Notes: generated from the sequence alone by a model not told the origin. Counted from the first letter of the stretch, positions 48,066-56,783 are shown. The stretch: 64,000 nt of DNA from Spirulina sp. (GCA_044070495.1 JBIPSI010000022.1:22949-86948), one strand, 5' to 3'. Made by a program: numbers and translations.

Positions 48066-48143
48066 GTAGGTTGGGTGCAGCAGAGCGTAACCCAACACCG
48101 GGGGCTGATTGCGTTGGGTTCTGCTTCGCGCCACCCAACCTAC
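48066..48143. repeat. REPIN-like inverted doublet supplying the stop codon of the Uma2 gene
   Basis: GTAGGTTGGGTGCAGC...CCACCCAACCTAC. CTA at 48140-42 is the stop of 48140-48541. Confidence 0.85.
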
Positions 48144-48541
48144 TGAGCTTCATCTTCTGCGTCATCCTGGGGGAATAGTGGCACGTCTTCGTAAATGTGT
48201 TCTAGGGGAATTTCCCAATTGATGCTGGGTAAATCGAGGGATTCACCTGCCAGGTAGGTTTGCAAATCCCAGTGACGGTCGGCAATGCGGCGATAGCGGT
48301 CAATGCTGATTTTGTCGGCATCAATCAGGACGTAGTCTTGCAGCGTGGGAATTTGGCGATAGTGGGTAAATTTGTCGCTGCGGTCGTAGGCGGCGGTGCC
48401 GGGAGACAAGACCTCAATAATCAGGCAGGGGTATTGAATCAGCTTGATCGCATGTTTATCCCTAGCATCGCAACTAACCATCACATCGGGATAGAGGTAG
48501 TCCTGGGGCGACATGGGCATAAATTTGGGTTCGGCAATCAT
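48140..48541 (-). pseudogene. Uma2 family endonuclease-like gene with internal in-frame deletion
   Basis: MSPQDYL is joined directly to YPDVMVSCD. PCLIIEVLSPGT..YDR.DKF retained. 133 aa versus 195 aa for the Uma2 at 52746. Confidence 0.75.
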
Positions 48542-48586
48542 CGGTCACACCTCCACAGGATTCGCCTTGCCCCTAGTTTACGCCGA

Positions 48587-49309
48587 TTAATCTTCCCCAT
48601 CATTGCTGCTGGGCTGATTGGCTTGGGCGAAGGCTTGTAGACCGTCGGCATTAAGTACCTCGATGGCGGGGCCGTTGACCACAATTAGCCCCTCCTGGCT
48701 GAGGCGATAGAAGGCCCTTGAGAGGGTAGCGGGGATGGTGCCCAGGGTGGCAGCGAGCTGGCTTTTGGTGAGGTCGAGGGTGAGGGTATCCGACTGGGGC
48801 GACCGGGCGTATTGATCGAATAGGTAGGTGGCCAGCCGTTGGGGCACGTCTTTGAAGGCGAGTTCTTCGATGGTTTTGGTGAGTTGCCGTAGGTGAATGG
48901 AAAAACTGACCAACAGGCCAATGGCAATTTCGGGATGGTCGCCTAATAAGGAGAGAAAATCTTGGCGGGGAAAAAACAACAGTTCCGAGGCGTCTAGGGT
49001 GGCGGCGGAAACGGGGAAACATTGGCCATCCATGGCGGGCACCTCGGCAAAATATTCCCGCGCCCCAAAGAGTTGGAGAATTTGCTCTTTGCCGTTGGGG
49101 GAGGTTTTGTAGATTTTGACCCGCCCCGTTTTTACCACAAAGAAACCCGTTGCTTCGGATCCTTCTTCAAAAAGAATGGCTTTTTTGGGAAATCTTTGAC
49201 GCTGAGCAATGCGGGCCAAATCTTGCAGTTGTGATGGGTTGAGTTCCCGAAAAATCAGCGTCGTTTTTAGCCAATCTCTGAGACCTAAGGATTGCTGGTT
49301 CATAGGCAT
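48587..49309 (-). CDS. Crp/Fnr family transcription regulator (Dnr-like), divergent from norB
   Basis: cNMP-binding-like domain (GRVKIYK.S..GKEQIL), HTH LAATLGTIPATLSRAF. Confidence 0.9.
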   Translation of the reverse strand: MPMNQQSLGLRDWLKTTLIFRELNPSQLQDLARIAQRQRFPKKAILFEEGSEATGFFVVKTGRVKIYKTSPNGKEQILQLFGAREYFAEVPAMDGQCFPVSAATLDASELLFFPRQDFLSLLGDHPEIAIGLLVSFSIHLRQLTKTIEELAFKDVPQRLATYLFDQYARSPQSDTLTLDLTKSQLAATLGTIPATLSRAFYRLSQEGLIVVNGPAIEVLNADGLQAFAQANQPSSNDGED

Positions 49310-49332
49310 TTGTGCGGACTAGGAAAATGAAA

Positions 49333-49477
49333 TAGCGGATTTAATTTGGATGAAGTGCATTGCGAGGATCGCCCCTGCCCCCTTATGAAGGGGGGTGAAG
49401 AATGAAACTTCTACAGATGGGAACTGGGGGGATCTAAAACTCAGGAATTGTGTACCTCACTCTATGGAGATCTGCAA
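49333..49477. mobile_element. Diverged copy of the MITE at 8673-8817 (opposite orientation)
   Basis: TAGCGGATTT start, CCCCTGCCCCCTTA..AAGGGGGG and ACTGGGGGGATCTA.AACTCAG blocks align with the reverse complement of 8673-8817. Confidence 0.75.
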
Positions 49478-49678
49478 TAAATCGCAAAGATTAAGGGATT
49501 TCTAATGAATAATTACAGCGATTTTATTGCAAATTATAACGCAGCAAGGACATCTGCCTCAATCGCTATCCATCTATCGCTAATCGTCGAAAGGCTTGAT
49601 TCTATGGGGCTTAGCGATGTTCTGGAATCAGATTCTAGGATAGGAGTCAGCAAAATTAAGATTCTCTCAAGGGGATTT

Positions 49679-49721
49679 TTGACTTAAGTCAAGGGATGAG
49701 GTGAAAGCCATCTTCTAGGCT
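49679..49721 (+). promoter_or_regulatory. Crp/Fnr-type binding site TTGACTTAAGTCAA with candidate -10 TAGGCT
   Basis: Perfect 14-bp palindrome at 49679-92, 23 nt before a TAN3T hexamer (49716-21) upstream of norB. Confidence 0.75.
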
Positions 49722-49763
49722 AGGAGCGTTGTTGAGTCTGCCTTCATATCACAATGTTTTGCC

Positions 49764-52076
49764 ATGGCTAATCCATCCTTTGAGGTCGCGGCCCAGGCCC
49801 GATCACGACTTAAAAATTTAAGCTTACCCGTGTGGCTGGTGCTGATTTGCGTCGTCACCTTCAGCGTGTTGCTGGGGGCTGGGGCCGCCATTTCTAAATA
49901 CGCCCCACCCCATCCGGCCATTGTGGAATCGCCTCAGCATGAGGTGATTTTTACCGCCAGTGACGTAGAAAATGGCCAAGTCACCTACCTGGGGCGAGGT
50001 GGGCAGCACGTCGGCAGCATTTGGGGCCACGGCAGCTATCTCGCCCCCGACTGGACGGCGGATGTGCTGCACCGTTGGGGCTTGGCCACCGCTGGGGTGA
50101 TCTATGCCAGCGATCCCAGCTTTTCCCAGGCGGATCTAGAAGCCCTCAGTGCCACGGATCGGGCGACGCTGCAAGCCCAGGTGAGCGAGCAGTTTAAGCC
50201 CAACCGCTACGATGCCGACGCCGATACCCTGGTGCTGACTACGGCTCAAACTCAGGGACTCAAGCAGGTCTTTGCGGACTATCAAACCCTGCTGGCCCAC
50301 GGTTCGCGGATCCACTCCATCCCCGATGGCTGGTTCACCAGCGAGCAAGAGATCCACGACGTGACGGCCTTCTTTGCCTGGACGGCCTGGGCGGCGGCGG
50401 CTAATCGCCCTAATACGCCCTTTTCCTACACCGCCAACTGGCCCCACGATGACCTGATTGGCAACCAGCCCCCAGGGCAATTCCTGGTGTGGTCGATTGT
50501 ATCGGTGATTACGCTGATTTTTGCCATCGCCGCCTTTCTGTTTGTCTACCTCACCCAGGAAGATTCTGAAGAGGTGCAGATCGTCGCGGAGCGTCCGGCT
50601 CTACGCCTTGCCACCCCCAGCCAAAAGGCCACCAGCCTGTTCTTTGGCGTGGCGATGGCGCTGTTTGGGGTGCAAATTGCCATGGGCATGGTGACGGCCC
50701 ACTACGCGGTAGAGGGCGACGGCTTCTATGGTCTGCCCCTTCAGCAGTATTTGCCCTACGCGGCTTCGCGCACCTGGCACCTGCAACTGGCGGTGTTTTG
50801 GATTGCCACCTGCTGGCTGGCGGCGGGTCTGTATTTTGCCCCTCGCTTTGGCAAGCAGGAACCCAAGGGCCAGGTGTGGGGCAATAGCACCCTGCTGGTG
50901 GCGCTGACGGTCGTTGTGGTCGGTTCCCTAGTCGGCTCCTGGGCCAGTGTGCAGGGCATCCTCACCGGAGACAACAGCTTCCTCTTTGGCCACCAGGGTT
51001 ACGAGTATGTGGAACTGGGCCGCCTCTGGCAGGTGTTGTTGATCGGCGGCATGGTGTTTTGGCTGTGGCTGATGTTCCGCGCCCTGCGGCCCGCCCTGCA
51101 AAAGGAAGGCAGCAAAACCGGGCTAAACCACTTCTTTCTCTATAGCGCCATCGCAATCCCGCTGTTCTACGCCTCTGGGTTGATGTACACCAACCACACC
51201 CCGGTCAGCGTGGCGGAATATTGGCGCTGGTGGGTGGTGCATCTGTGGGTGGAGGGCTTCTTTGAGGTGTTCGCCACCGTGGCCATTGCCTACCTCTGTA
51301 GCGAACTGGGCTTTTTGAAAAAGTCTTCGGCCCTCCGCGCCGCCTATTTAACGACGATTCTCTACCTGGGCAGTGGTGTGATCGGCACCCTGCACCACCT
51401 ATATTTTGCGGGTACGCCCTCCTTTATTGCGGCGATGGGAGCCGTGGCCTCGGCCCTGGAAGTGGTGCCCCTCACCCTGATCGGCTTTGAGGTGGTGAAA
51501 ACCCTGCGGATGTCTGAACAGGCCCAGAACTTCTACCGCTGGCCCCTGCAATTTTTCCTAGCCACCTGCTTTTGGAACCTGCTGGGTGCCGGGGTGTTCG
51601 GCTTCCTGATCAACCCGCCCATCGTCCTCTACTACTCCCAGGGCATCAACACCACGCCGATTCATGCCCACAGCGCCCTGTTTGGGGTCTACGGCAGCTT
51701 GGCCATTGCCTTGATGCTGTTCTCCCTGCGGGAAATTGTGCCCGACCGCGCCTGGAACGAAAAGCTGCTGCGGGTCTCCTTCTGGAGCCTCAACGGTGGC
51801 CTCCTGGCCATGATGGTCCTGGGTCTGATCCCCAACGGCTTCTACCAGCTCATGCAGTCCGTCAACCACGGCACCTGGTACGCCCGCAGCGCCGAGGTGA
51901 TTGGCTCCCCCTGGATGCAGTGGACGGTGTGGCTCCGCATCCCCGGTGATGTGGTGTTTACCATTGGGGCTATCGGTATGGTGCTGTTTACGGTGCAGGC
52001 GGTCTATTCGGTCTTCCGCCAGCCCACCCAACTGGGCGCACCCCAGGCGGGTACTCCCGTCATCGAAGGGCGCTAG
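49764..52076 (+). CDS. norB: Quinol-dependent nitric oxide reductase (qNor)
   Basis: GSIWGHGSYLAPDWTAD, RTWHLQ, WWVVHLWVEGFFEVF, GTLHHLY, HAHSALFGVYG. 770-aa single-subunit type. Confidence 0.96.
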   Translation: MANPSFEVAAQARSRLKNLSLPVWLVLICVVTFSVLLGAGAAISKYAPPHPAIVESPQHEVIFTASDVENGQVTYLGRGGQHVGSIWGHGSYLAPDWTADVLHRWGLATAGVIYASDPSFSQADLEALSATDRATLQAQVSEQFKPNRYDADADTLVLTTAQTQGLKQVFADYQTLLAHGSRIHSIPDGWFTSEQEIHDVTAFFAWTAWAAAANRPNTPFSYTANWPHDDLIGNQPPGQFLVWSIVSVITLIFAIAAFLFVYLTQEDSEEVQIVAERPALRLATPSQKATSLFFGVAMALFGVQIAMGMVTAHYAVEGDGFYGLPLQQYLPYAASRTWHLQLAVFWIATCWLAAGLYFAPRFGKQEPKGQVWGNSTLLVALTVVVVGSLVGSWASVQGILTGDNSFLFGHQGYEYVELGRLWQVLLIGGMVFWLWLMFRALRPALQKEGSKTGLNHFFLYSAIAIPLFYASGLMYTNHTPVSVAEYWRWWVVHLWVEGFFEVFATVAIAYLCSELGFLKKSSALRAAYLTTILYLGSGVIGTLHHLYFAGTPSFIAAMGAVASALEVVPLTLIGFEVVKTLRMSEQAQNFYRWPLQFFLATCFWNLLGAGVFGFLINPPIVLYYSQGINTTPIHAHSALFGVYGSLAIALMLFSLREIVPDRAWNEKLLRVSFWSLNGGLLAMMVLGLIPNGFYQLMQSVNHGTWYARSAEVIGSPWMQWTVWLRIPGDVVFTIGAIGMVLFTVQAVYSVFRQPTQLGAPQAGTPVIEGR

Positions 52077-52114
52077 TTTGTGCCTCAGATCCCAGGGTTC
52101 TTTAAGAACCCTCA

Positions 52115-52264
52115 GTAGATCGCAAAGCCCCCGCAGCCCTCACCCTAAATCCCTCTCCCTTGGGGAGAGGGACTTTGAAGACCGTTTCCGGCCCCCCTCT
52201 CCTCGTGGGAGAGGGGTTGGGGGTGAGGGCGGGATCGTGGCAAAAGAGCACGTTTGTGATCTAC
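52115..52264. mobile_element. GTAG-ended MITE inserted in an AGATCCCAGGGTTCT palindrome
   Basis: Ends GTAGATCGCAAA / TTTGTGATCTAC. Internal CCCTCACCC...GGGTGAGGG hairpin. An intact host palindrome lies at 52697-52729. Confidence 0.7.
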
Positions 52265-52315
52265 CCCTGGGATCTACTCCCCGACAACCGTTTTTTATTT
52301 TGCAAAGGACAACGA

Positions 52316-52690
52316 ATGACGACTTTATTTGACCAACTGGGCGGTGCCGCAGCGGTGGATCTCGCCGTGGATAAATTCTATGAGCGAGTGCTTCAGGATG
52401 ACCGCATCAAGCACTTTTTCGCCAATGTGGACATGGTGAAGCAGCGGGCACACCAAAAAGCTTTCCTCACCTACGCCTTTGGCGGCACCGATAAATACGA
52501 TGGCCGCTACATGCGCGAAGCCCACCAAGCCCTGGTGCAACAGCACGGCCTCAACGGCGACCACTTCGATGCTGTGGCCGAAGATTTGATGATCACCCTC
52601 GAAGAAATCGGCGTTTCTGAGGAATTACGCGCCCAGGTTGCCGCCATCGCCGCCGCCCCCGCCCACAAACGCGATGTGCTAAACCAGTAA
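52316..52690 (+). CDS. glbN: Group I truncated hemoglobin (cyanoglobin)
   Basis: 124 aa. LGG..AVDLAVDKFYERVLQDDRIKHFF. His46, His70 and His117 at the GlbN positions. Confidence 0.95.
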   Translation: MTTLFDQLGGAAAVDLAVDKFYERVLQDDRIKHFFANVDMVKQRAHQKAFLTYAFGGTDKYDGRYMREAHQALVQQHGLNGDHFDAVAEDLMITLEEIGVSEELRAQVAAIAAAPAHKRDVLNQ

Positions 52691-52745
52691 CCCACCAGAT
52701 CCCAGGGTTCTTCAAGAACCCTGGGATCTCGCCTCCCCCGAATTT

Positions 52746-53333
52746 CTACGGCAAGAGGCTATGGAGGTTGAGTTCAAATCCGGGCAAGACGGATTCCCCC
52801 GATAAGGTCGCTGTGAAGGGTACGGTTTCTGGGGCCGCATCGGGACGATACACCTCTACGGTGCGGGCTTTGGGGTTCACCAGCCAGCCCAGCCGACAGC
52901 CGTTGTCCATATATTCCTGCATCTTGGCCTGAAGGGTGGCTACATCGTCCGTTGCCGACCGTAGCTCAATCACAAAATCGGGACAGAGGGGGGCAAATCC
53001 CTGGCGTTGGTCGGGGCTGAGGGCTGTCCAGCGTTCCATCGCCACCCAAGCCACATCGGGGGAACGAATCGCCCCATTGGGCAACCGAAACCCACTGGAG
53101 GAATCAAACGCTTTGCCCAGAGCGGTTCGACGGTTCCAAATTCCTAAGTCAATACCCAGTTCAAAGTTATAGCTCCCACTCTCGCTCCCGGTCGGCGACA
53201 TGGCGATCACTTCTCCCGTAGCGGTGAGTTCTAGGCGCAAGTCAGGATTGGCCTGGACGATGGCCCCAAACTGTTCCTCGCTGACCCGCAAGGTTTTCGG
53301 CAGGTTAACGGCAACGGTGGCTAGCATAGACAA
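52746..53333 (-). CDS. Uma2 family endonuclease
   Basis: ANPDLRLELTATGE, FDSSSGFRLPNGAIRSPDVAW, CPDFVIELRS. Confidence 0.92.
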   Translation of the reverse strand: MSMLATVAVNLPKTLRVSEEQFGAIVQANPDLRLELTATGEVIAMSPTGSESGSYNFELGIDLGIWNRRTALGKAFDSSSGFRLPNGAIRSPDVAWVAMERWTALSPDQRQGFAPLCPDFVIELRSATDDVATLQAKMQEYMDNGCRLGWLVNPKARTVEVYRPDAAPETVPFTATLSGESVLPGFELNLHSLLP

Positions 53334-53380
53334 AACCGCAAAACGCCCTGACCCTATTCTAGAACGCCCTGATTCTCACC

Positions 53381-53722
53381 ATGGCCAACCTCATCACCCC
53401 TCCCACCACCACCCTGCAACTCCACGACCACCTAGAGTTTCCCGAATCTGGTGTGCTCAGCAAGGTGCTGTGGAAAGATACCACCTGCCAATACAGCCTC
53501 TTTTGTCTGGCGGCAGGTACAGAAATTTCGGAACACACCTCCACCCGCAACGCCACGGTACATGTGATCTCCGGCAGCGGCACCCTCACCCTAGAAGGCC
53601 AACCCATTGCCCTAGAACCCGGTGTGTTTGTGCTGATGCTGGCCAATGCCCCCCACGCCCTAGACGCCACCACCAACCTCGCCTTTTTGCTCACCCTTTC
53701 GGCAGAATCAGATCCCCGTTGA
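53381..53722 (+). CDS. Cupin domain protein
   Basis: LFCLAAGTEISEHTS..ATVHVISGSG, MLANAPHAL. Confidence 0.88.
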   Translation: MANLITPPTTTLQLHDHLEFPESGVLSKVLWKDTTCQYSLFCLAAGTEISEHTSTRNATVHVISGSGTLTLEGQPIALEPGVFVLMLANAPHALDATTNLAFLLTLSAESDPR

Positions 53723-53831
53723 AGGAATATTGTTGTCCTAGGGTGCTCTGACGGCTTAATCTACCTTGGTGGCAGGTGTAGAGAATAGATGCCACCAGGT
53801 AGCACCAACAGGAACAATCCTGATCTCGATA

Positions 53832-55088
53832 CTATTGAACAGATAGTGCGTATTCCGCATTCGCATCTGAAATCTGAATGCGTTGTTCAAGGCGAACAAT
53901 ATAGGAAATGAATTCTATACTCTCGCCACTCTCAAGCTTAAAGGCTCGAATAACATTCGCAATCGTATCCTTCTGTTCGTCGCTGAGATCATCAATGATG
54001 AGGATAATTTGCAAGGAATTCTGAAAGGCTTCAGTGAAGACGCGATCAATCTCTCTACCCACAAGCTGATCTGAAAGGTTAGGAGAGATTTGCTTAATCC
54101 AGCCTGAAACCTTACTGATGTAGTCTGGATTAGCGTAAATATAGCTAATAATTTTATCTACCCATACCTTAGTAGTTTGATCGCGTATTTGCTTATCAGT
54201 AACAATGCTAAATGCTGAGGCGAAGCGCATAAGCTGAGGAATAACCTGACCATTGAGATAGTTAGACTTGTCTTGAGATCGTGTCTTGCCCTCCCCAAAG
54301 CACTCATATTCAATCAATGCGATTTTGAAAGGGTGTTTCTCATGGGCGCTGTAAACAATTAAGAGTGCATCGGGAATTGAACGAATACCTTTGACAGGTT
54401 TGTCTCCACGCGCTTCAATCCCGGATGACAAAAATAATCGGTTTTCTGGGATCAGAAAAGATTGAGCAGCGCTGTAGCGAGGAAATAGACTGTAGAAATT
54501 CTCGTTGACAAGACCTTCAAGACCACGTAGGGCATCTGTTTCATTCTTAAAGGGGATGGTTTGAAAGGTTCCCATGACTTTAATTCTGGCATCTGGAACC
54601 TCAGTCAAGATCTCTTCAATATCATTGGGATCAATGTCTAGAAGGTTGTCTTCCTCGGTCTCACTAGGCTCTGATTTGTCGCCATCGATCAATATAAAAG
54701 GATCTTTAGCTCGGCTGGCATCAAAGGCATTACACAGTGCTTGAACGGCATTTTCATCTTTTATTGCCTTCGCCCCTTGGAGGTATTTAAGCGGCCAATA
54801 CTTTCCACCACAGTCTGCAAGGAAGCGAATATCGAAGGGATTGGCATACTCCAGATCAACAAGGCTATAGACGGATACATAGCGATCTGCGTCAGGCCAC
54901 GGTTTTTGATCGGTCGGTTCTCCTAATTTAGCCCGCAGGCCACATAGGGTTTGTTTTTCGTAGTTGACAGCGAGAAAAATAATATCGTCTTTTTCCGGCC
55001 CTCGTGTCCCAAAACCTGCCACAGCATGTTCAAGACAGAGATTGTAGTTCTCAAGGGACTTGCCACAATGGAGAATTCGATAGGCCAC
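53832..55088 (-). CDS. Hypothetical protein: putative EVE/PUA-like N-terminus plus PD-(D/E)XK-like nuclease
   Basis: AT-rich 418-aa ORF. E...IPDALL...IALIEYE pattern in the C-terminal half. Confidence 0.65.
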   Translation of the reverse strand: MAYRILHCGKSLENYNLCLEHAVAGFGTRGPEKDDIIFLAVNYEKQTLCGLRAKLGEPTDQKPWPDADRYVSVYSLVDLEYANPFDIRFLADCGGKYWPLKYLQGAKAIKDENAVQALCNAFDASRAKDPFILIDGDKSEPSETEEDNLLDIDPNDIEEILTEVPDARIKVMGTFQTIPFKNETDALRGLEGLVNENFYSLFPRYSAAQSFLIPENRLFLSSGIEARGDKPVKGIRSIPDALLIVYSAHEKHPFKIALIEYECFGEGKTRSQDKSNYLNGQVIPQLMRFASAFSIVTDKQIRDQTTKVWVDKIISYIYANPDYISKVSGWIKQISPNLSDQLVGREIDRVFTEAFQNSLQIILIIDDLSDEQKDTIANVIRAFKLESGESIEFISYIVRLEQRIQISDANAEYALSVQ

Positions 55089-55135
55089 AGGTTTTCCTTT
55101 TTCAACAAATCAAAGGTCAGTTAAGCCATTACTAA

Positions 55136-55777
55136 TCAGGAAGTTTTTTGATTTAAAGCTAATTGTCCCAGGTGTTGCAAAATACCCAGCACTTGGCCCA
55201 AATTGCCAGGATTGAGGATGTTGAAGTGCTGCGACAAACCATACTGGGGGCTGGGCTGAATCGACAACTTGAGAAACAGAAAACTTTCCCCACTACACAG
55301 CAACCCATAGGCGGGTTGTTGGGGCTGAGGATTCGCCAGCATATAGGCCAACGCCTGGGGAATGCCCAAAGAGAGCGAAAATGTGGTGCGTTTGGCCTCC
55401 AATACCCAAACCCAGATTTGCTGATTCACCACTAGGGTATCGATGCGGCCCTTGAGGGTGGTTTCGCCTGTGTCAAGGCTTACCTCCACAGAAGGCTCGA
55501 AACGGCAGCGAAAGGGTGGATCATAAAAGCCCGCCAAATCCAGCAAGGGCGACACAATCATCATTTTCACGCCATTTTCCAGCATCGATCCTTCCTCAAG
55601 CTGGTGAAAATAGCGATCTCGAATGCGAGCCAGCGCCTGCTGTTGGGCCGCTGTGAGCGTAGGCAACTCAGATTGCCATTCTGGGAAAAAGTCCGGTTCC
55701 TGTGCCCAGGTGAGATTAAAGGATTCCCGCAGATACTTGAGGGTCAGATTTTCGGAAATTGCCAGGGTTTGAACCAT
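55136..55777 (-). CDS. Stand-alone type I restriction HsdR-N-like nuclease domain protein
   Basis: SPLLDLAGFY.PPF, GRIDTLV, VLEAKR, IPQALAYM. Confidence 0.82.
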   Translation of the reverse strand: MVQTLAISENLTLKYLRESFNLTWAQEPDFFPEWQSELPTLTAAQQQALARIRDRYFHQLEEGSMLENGVKMMIVSPLLDLAGFYDPPFRCRFEPSVEVSLDTGETTLKGRIDTLVVNQQIWVWVLEAKRTTFSLSLGIPQALAYMLANPQPQQPAYGLLCSGESFLFLKLSIQPSPQYGLSQHFNILNPGNLGQVLGILQHLGQLALNQKTS

Positions 55778-55932
55778 CTTTGTCTCCCTATCTCTATCCC
55801 TATTCAGTTGTCACCCCGTTTGGGATGAAGTGAGAGAGGACGACTAGATATTTTAAGCTTTGGCCTACCCAGGCGTAGGCTGCATTCGCGGCACCACTAT
55901 CCTTCCCCTCTGATCTACACTCCCCTTGCAGA

Positions 55933-55998
55933 CAGAACCCCGGTTTCTACGCTGTCACTGGCCAAGTCTTGGACAGGTTTAAGCAGAAACCGGGGCTT
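55933..55998. repeat. AGAAACCCGGTTTCT-family palindrome doublet
   Basis: CAGAACCCCGGTTTCT ... CAGAAACCGGGGCTT. Confidence 0.6.
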
Positions 55999-56031
55999 GC
56001 AACTGAGAGTTAACTAAGGTTGTGTCGCCGC

Positions 56032-56271
56032 CTAGGCCAACACCGCCTCTAGGTCGCAGACGGGGGCTGTTTGGCGCGATACGATGCGAAGGCTATGGGG
56101 ATAGCGAGGACGAGGATCGCCTTTGAGCCAAATGGGGGGCACCATCGTGGCTTCATAGGCTTCGATTTCCTGCAAAATGCCGGGGTTATCTACCAGCTCC
56201 ACCAGGGTGCCGGGTAGATATTCAAACATTTCATCCCAATCCACAGGAGACAAGCTATCCATAGCGGTCAC
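56032..56271 (-). CDS. Small conserved hypothetical protein
   Basis: DWDEMFEYLPGT.V...MVPPIWLKGDPRPRYP. Co-oriented with neighbour. Confidence 0.7.
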   Translation of the reverse strand: MTAMDSLSPVDWDEMFEYLPGTLVELVDNPGILQEIEAYEATMVPPIWLKGDPRPRYPHSLRIVSRQTAPVCDLEAVLA

Positions 56272-56354
56272 TAACCTATTGCATTCATAGCGAAACTAAA
56301 CGGGCCAGAGGGGCCAAGCTACCCTCGGCGCATCAACCCTTTCAATCGCGACAG

Positions 56355-56618
56355 CTAGACGTAGAAGTGGCTGCGGTCGAGCACCACTTCGCCATGACCG
56401 GGCACCCAGGCCACCCAGGATTGGGCAGAATGCTGGCACAGCAGCTTGGCTTCATCCTCGGCGTAGGGGTTGGGAGCCTGAATCAGCTTTACCCAAGTAT
56501 CGCGGGTGTAGTTGAGTTGGCAGGCGAGAGACCAGTCGGCGGAGATGGACAGGTCGGACAGTTGAGCGGTTTTGAGGGCAGGGGATGACATGGGAATGAC
56601 GGCCTCACTGAAGAGCAA
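56355..56618 (-). CDS. Small conserved hypothetical protein
   Basis: WVKL...PNPY..DEAKLLCQ....WVAWVPGHGE. Start may be at 56591. Confidence 0.7.
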   Translation of the reverse strand: MLFSEAVIPMSSPALKTAQLSDLSISADWSLACQLNYTRDTWVKLIQAPNPYAEDEAKLLCQHSAQSWVAWVPGHGEVVLDRSHFYV

Positions 56619-56674
56619 TAGTCGGTTCTATGCCGCCCTTGAGTCCGGCTGACTTTCAAGGATGACTACCTTTC

Positions 56675-56690
56675 TGTAGCTAACGATACA
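56675..56690. promoter_or_regulatory. NtcA-like site TGTA-N8-TACA
   Basis: TGTAGCTAACGATACA with A/T-rich flanks in a divergent promoter region. No -10 at canonical spacing seen. Confidence 0.5.
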
Positions 56691-56783
56691 AAAAATACGC
56701 TTTGTGAGCAAATGCTGATCTCATAAATGAGAAATTTCTTATCATTGCATCGCCTGCCCTAGACTTCGGTTAAACAATTCTCT

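Noticed and set aside
49505..49687. 60-aa ORF upstream of norB
   Set aside because: Overlaps the predicted operator in the promoter region and has no coding signature.
52160..52315. N-terminal extension of GlbN
   Set aside because: Translates repeat DNA. The ATG at 52316 has an RBS and gives the canonical 124 aa.
55136..55777. Complete type I restriction-modification system
   Set aside because: Only a short nuclease-like domain. No helicase, hsdM or hsdS.
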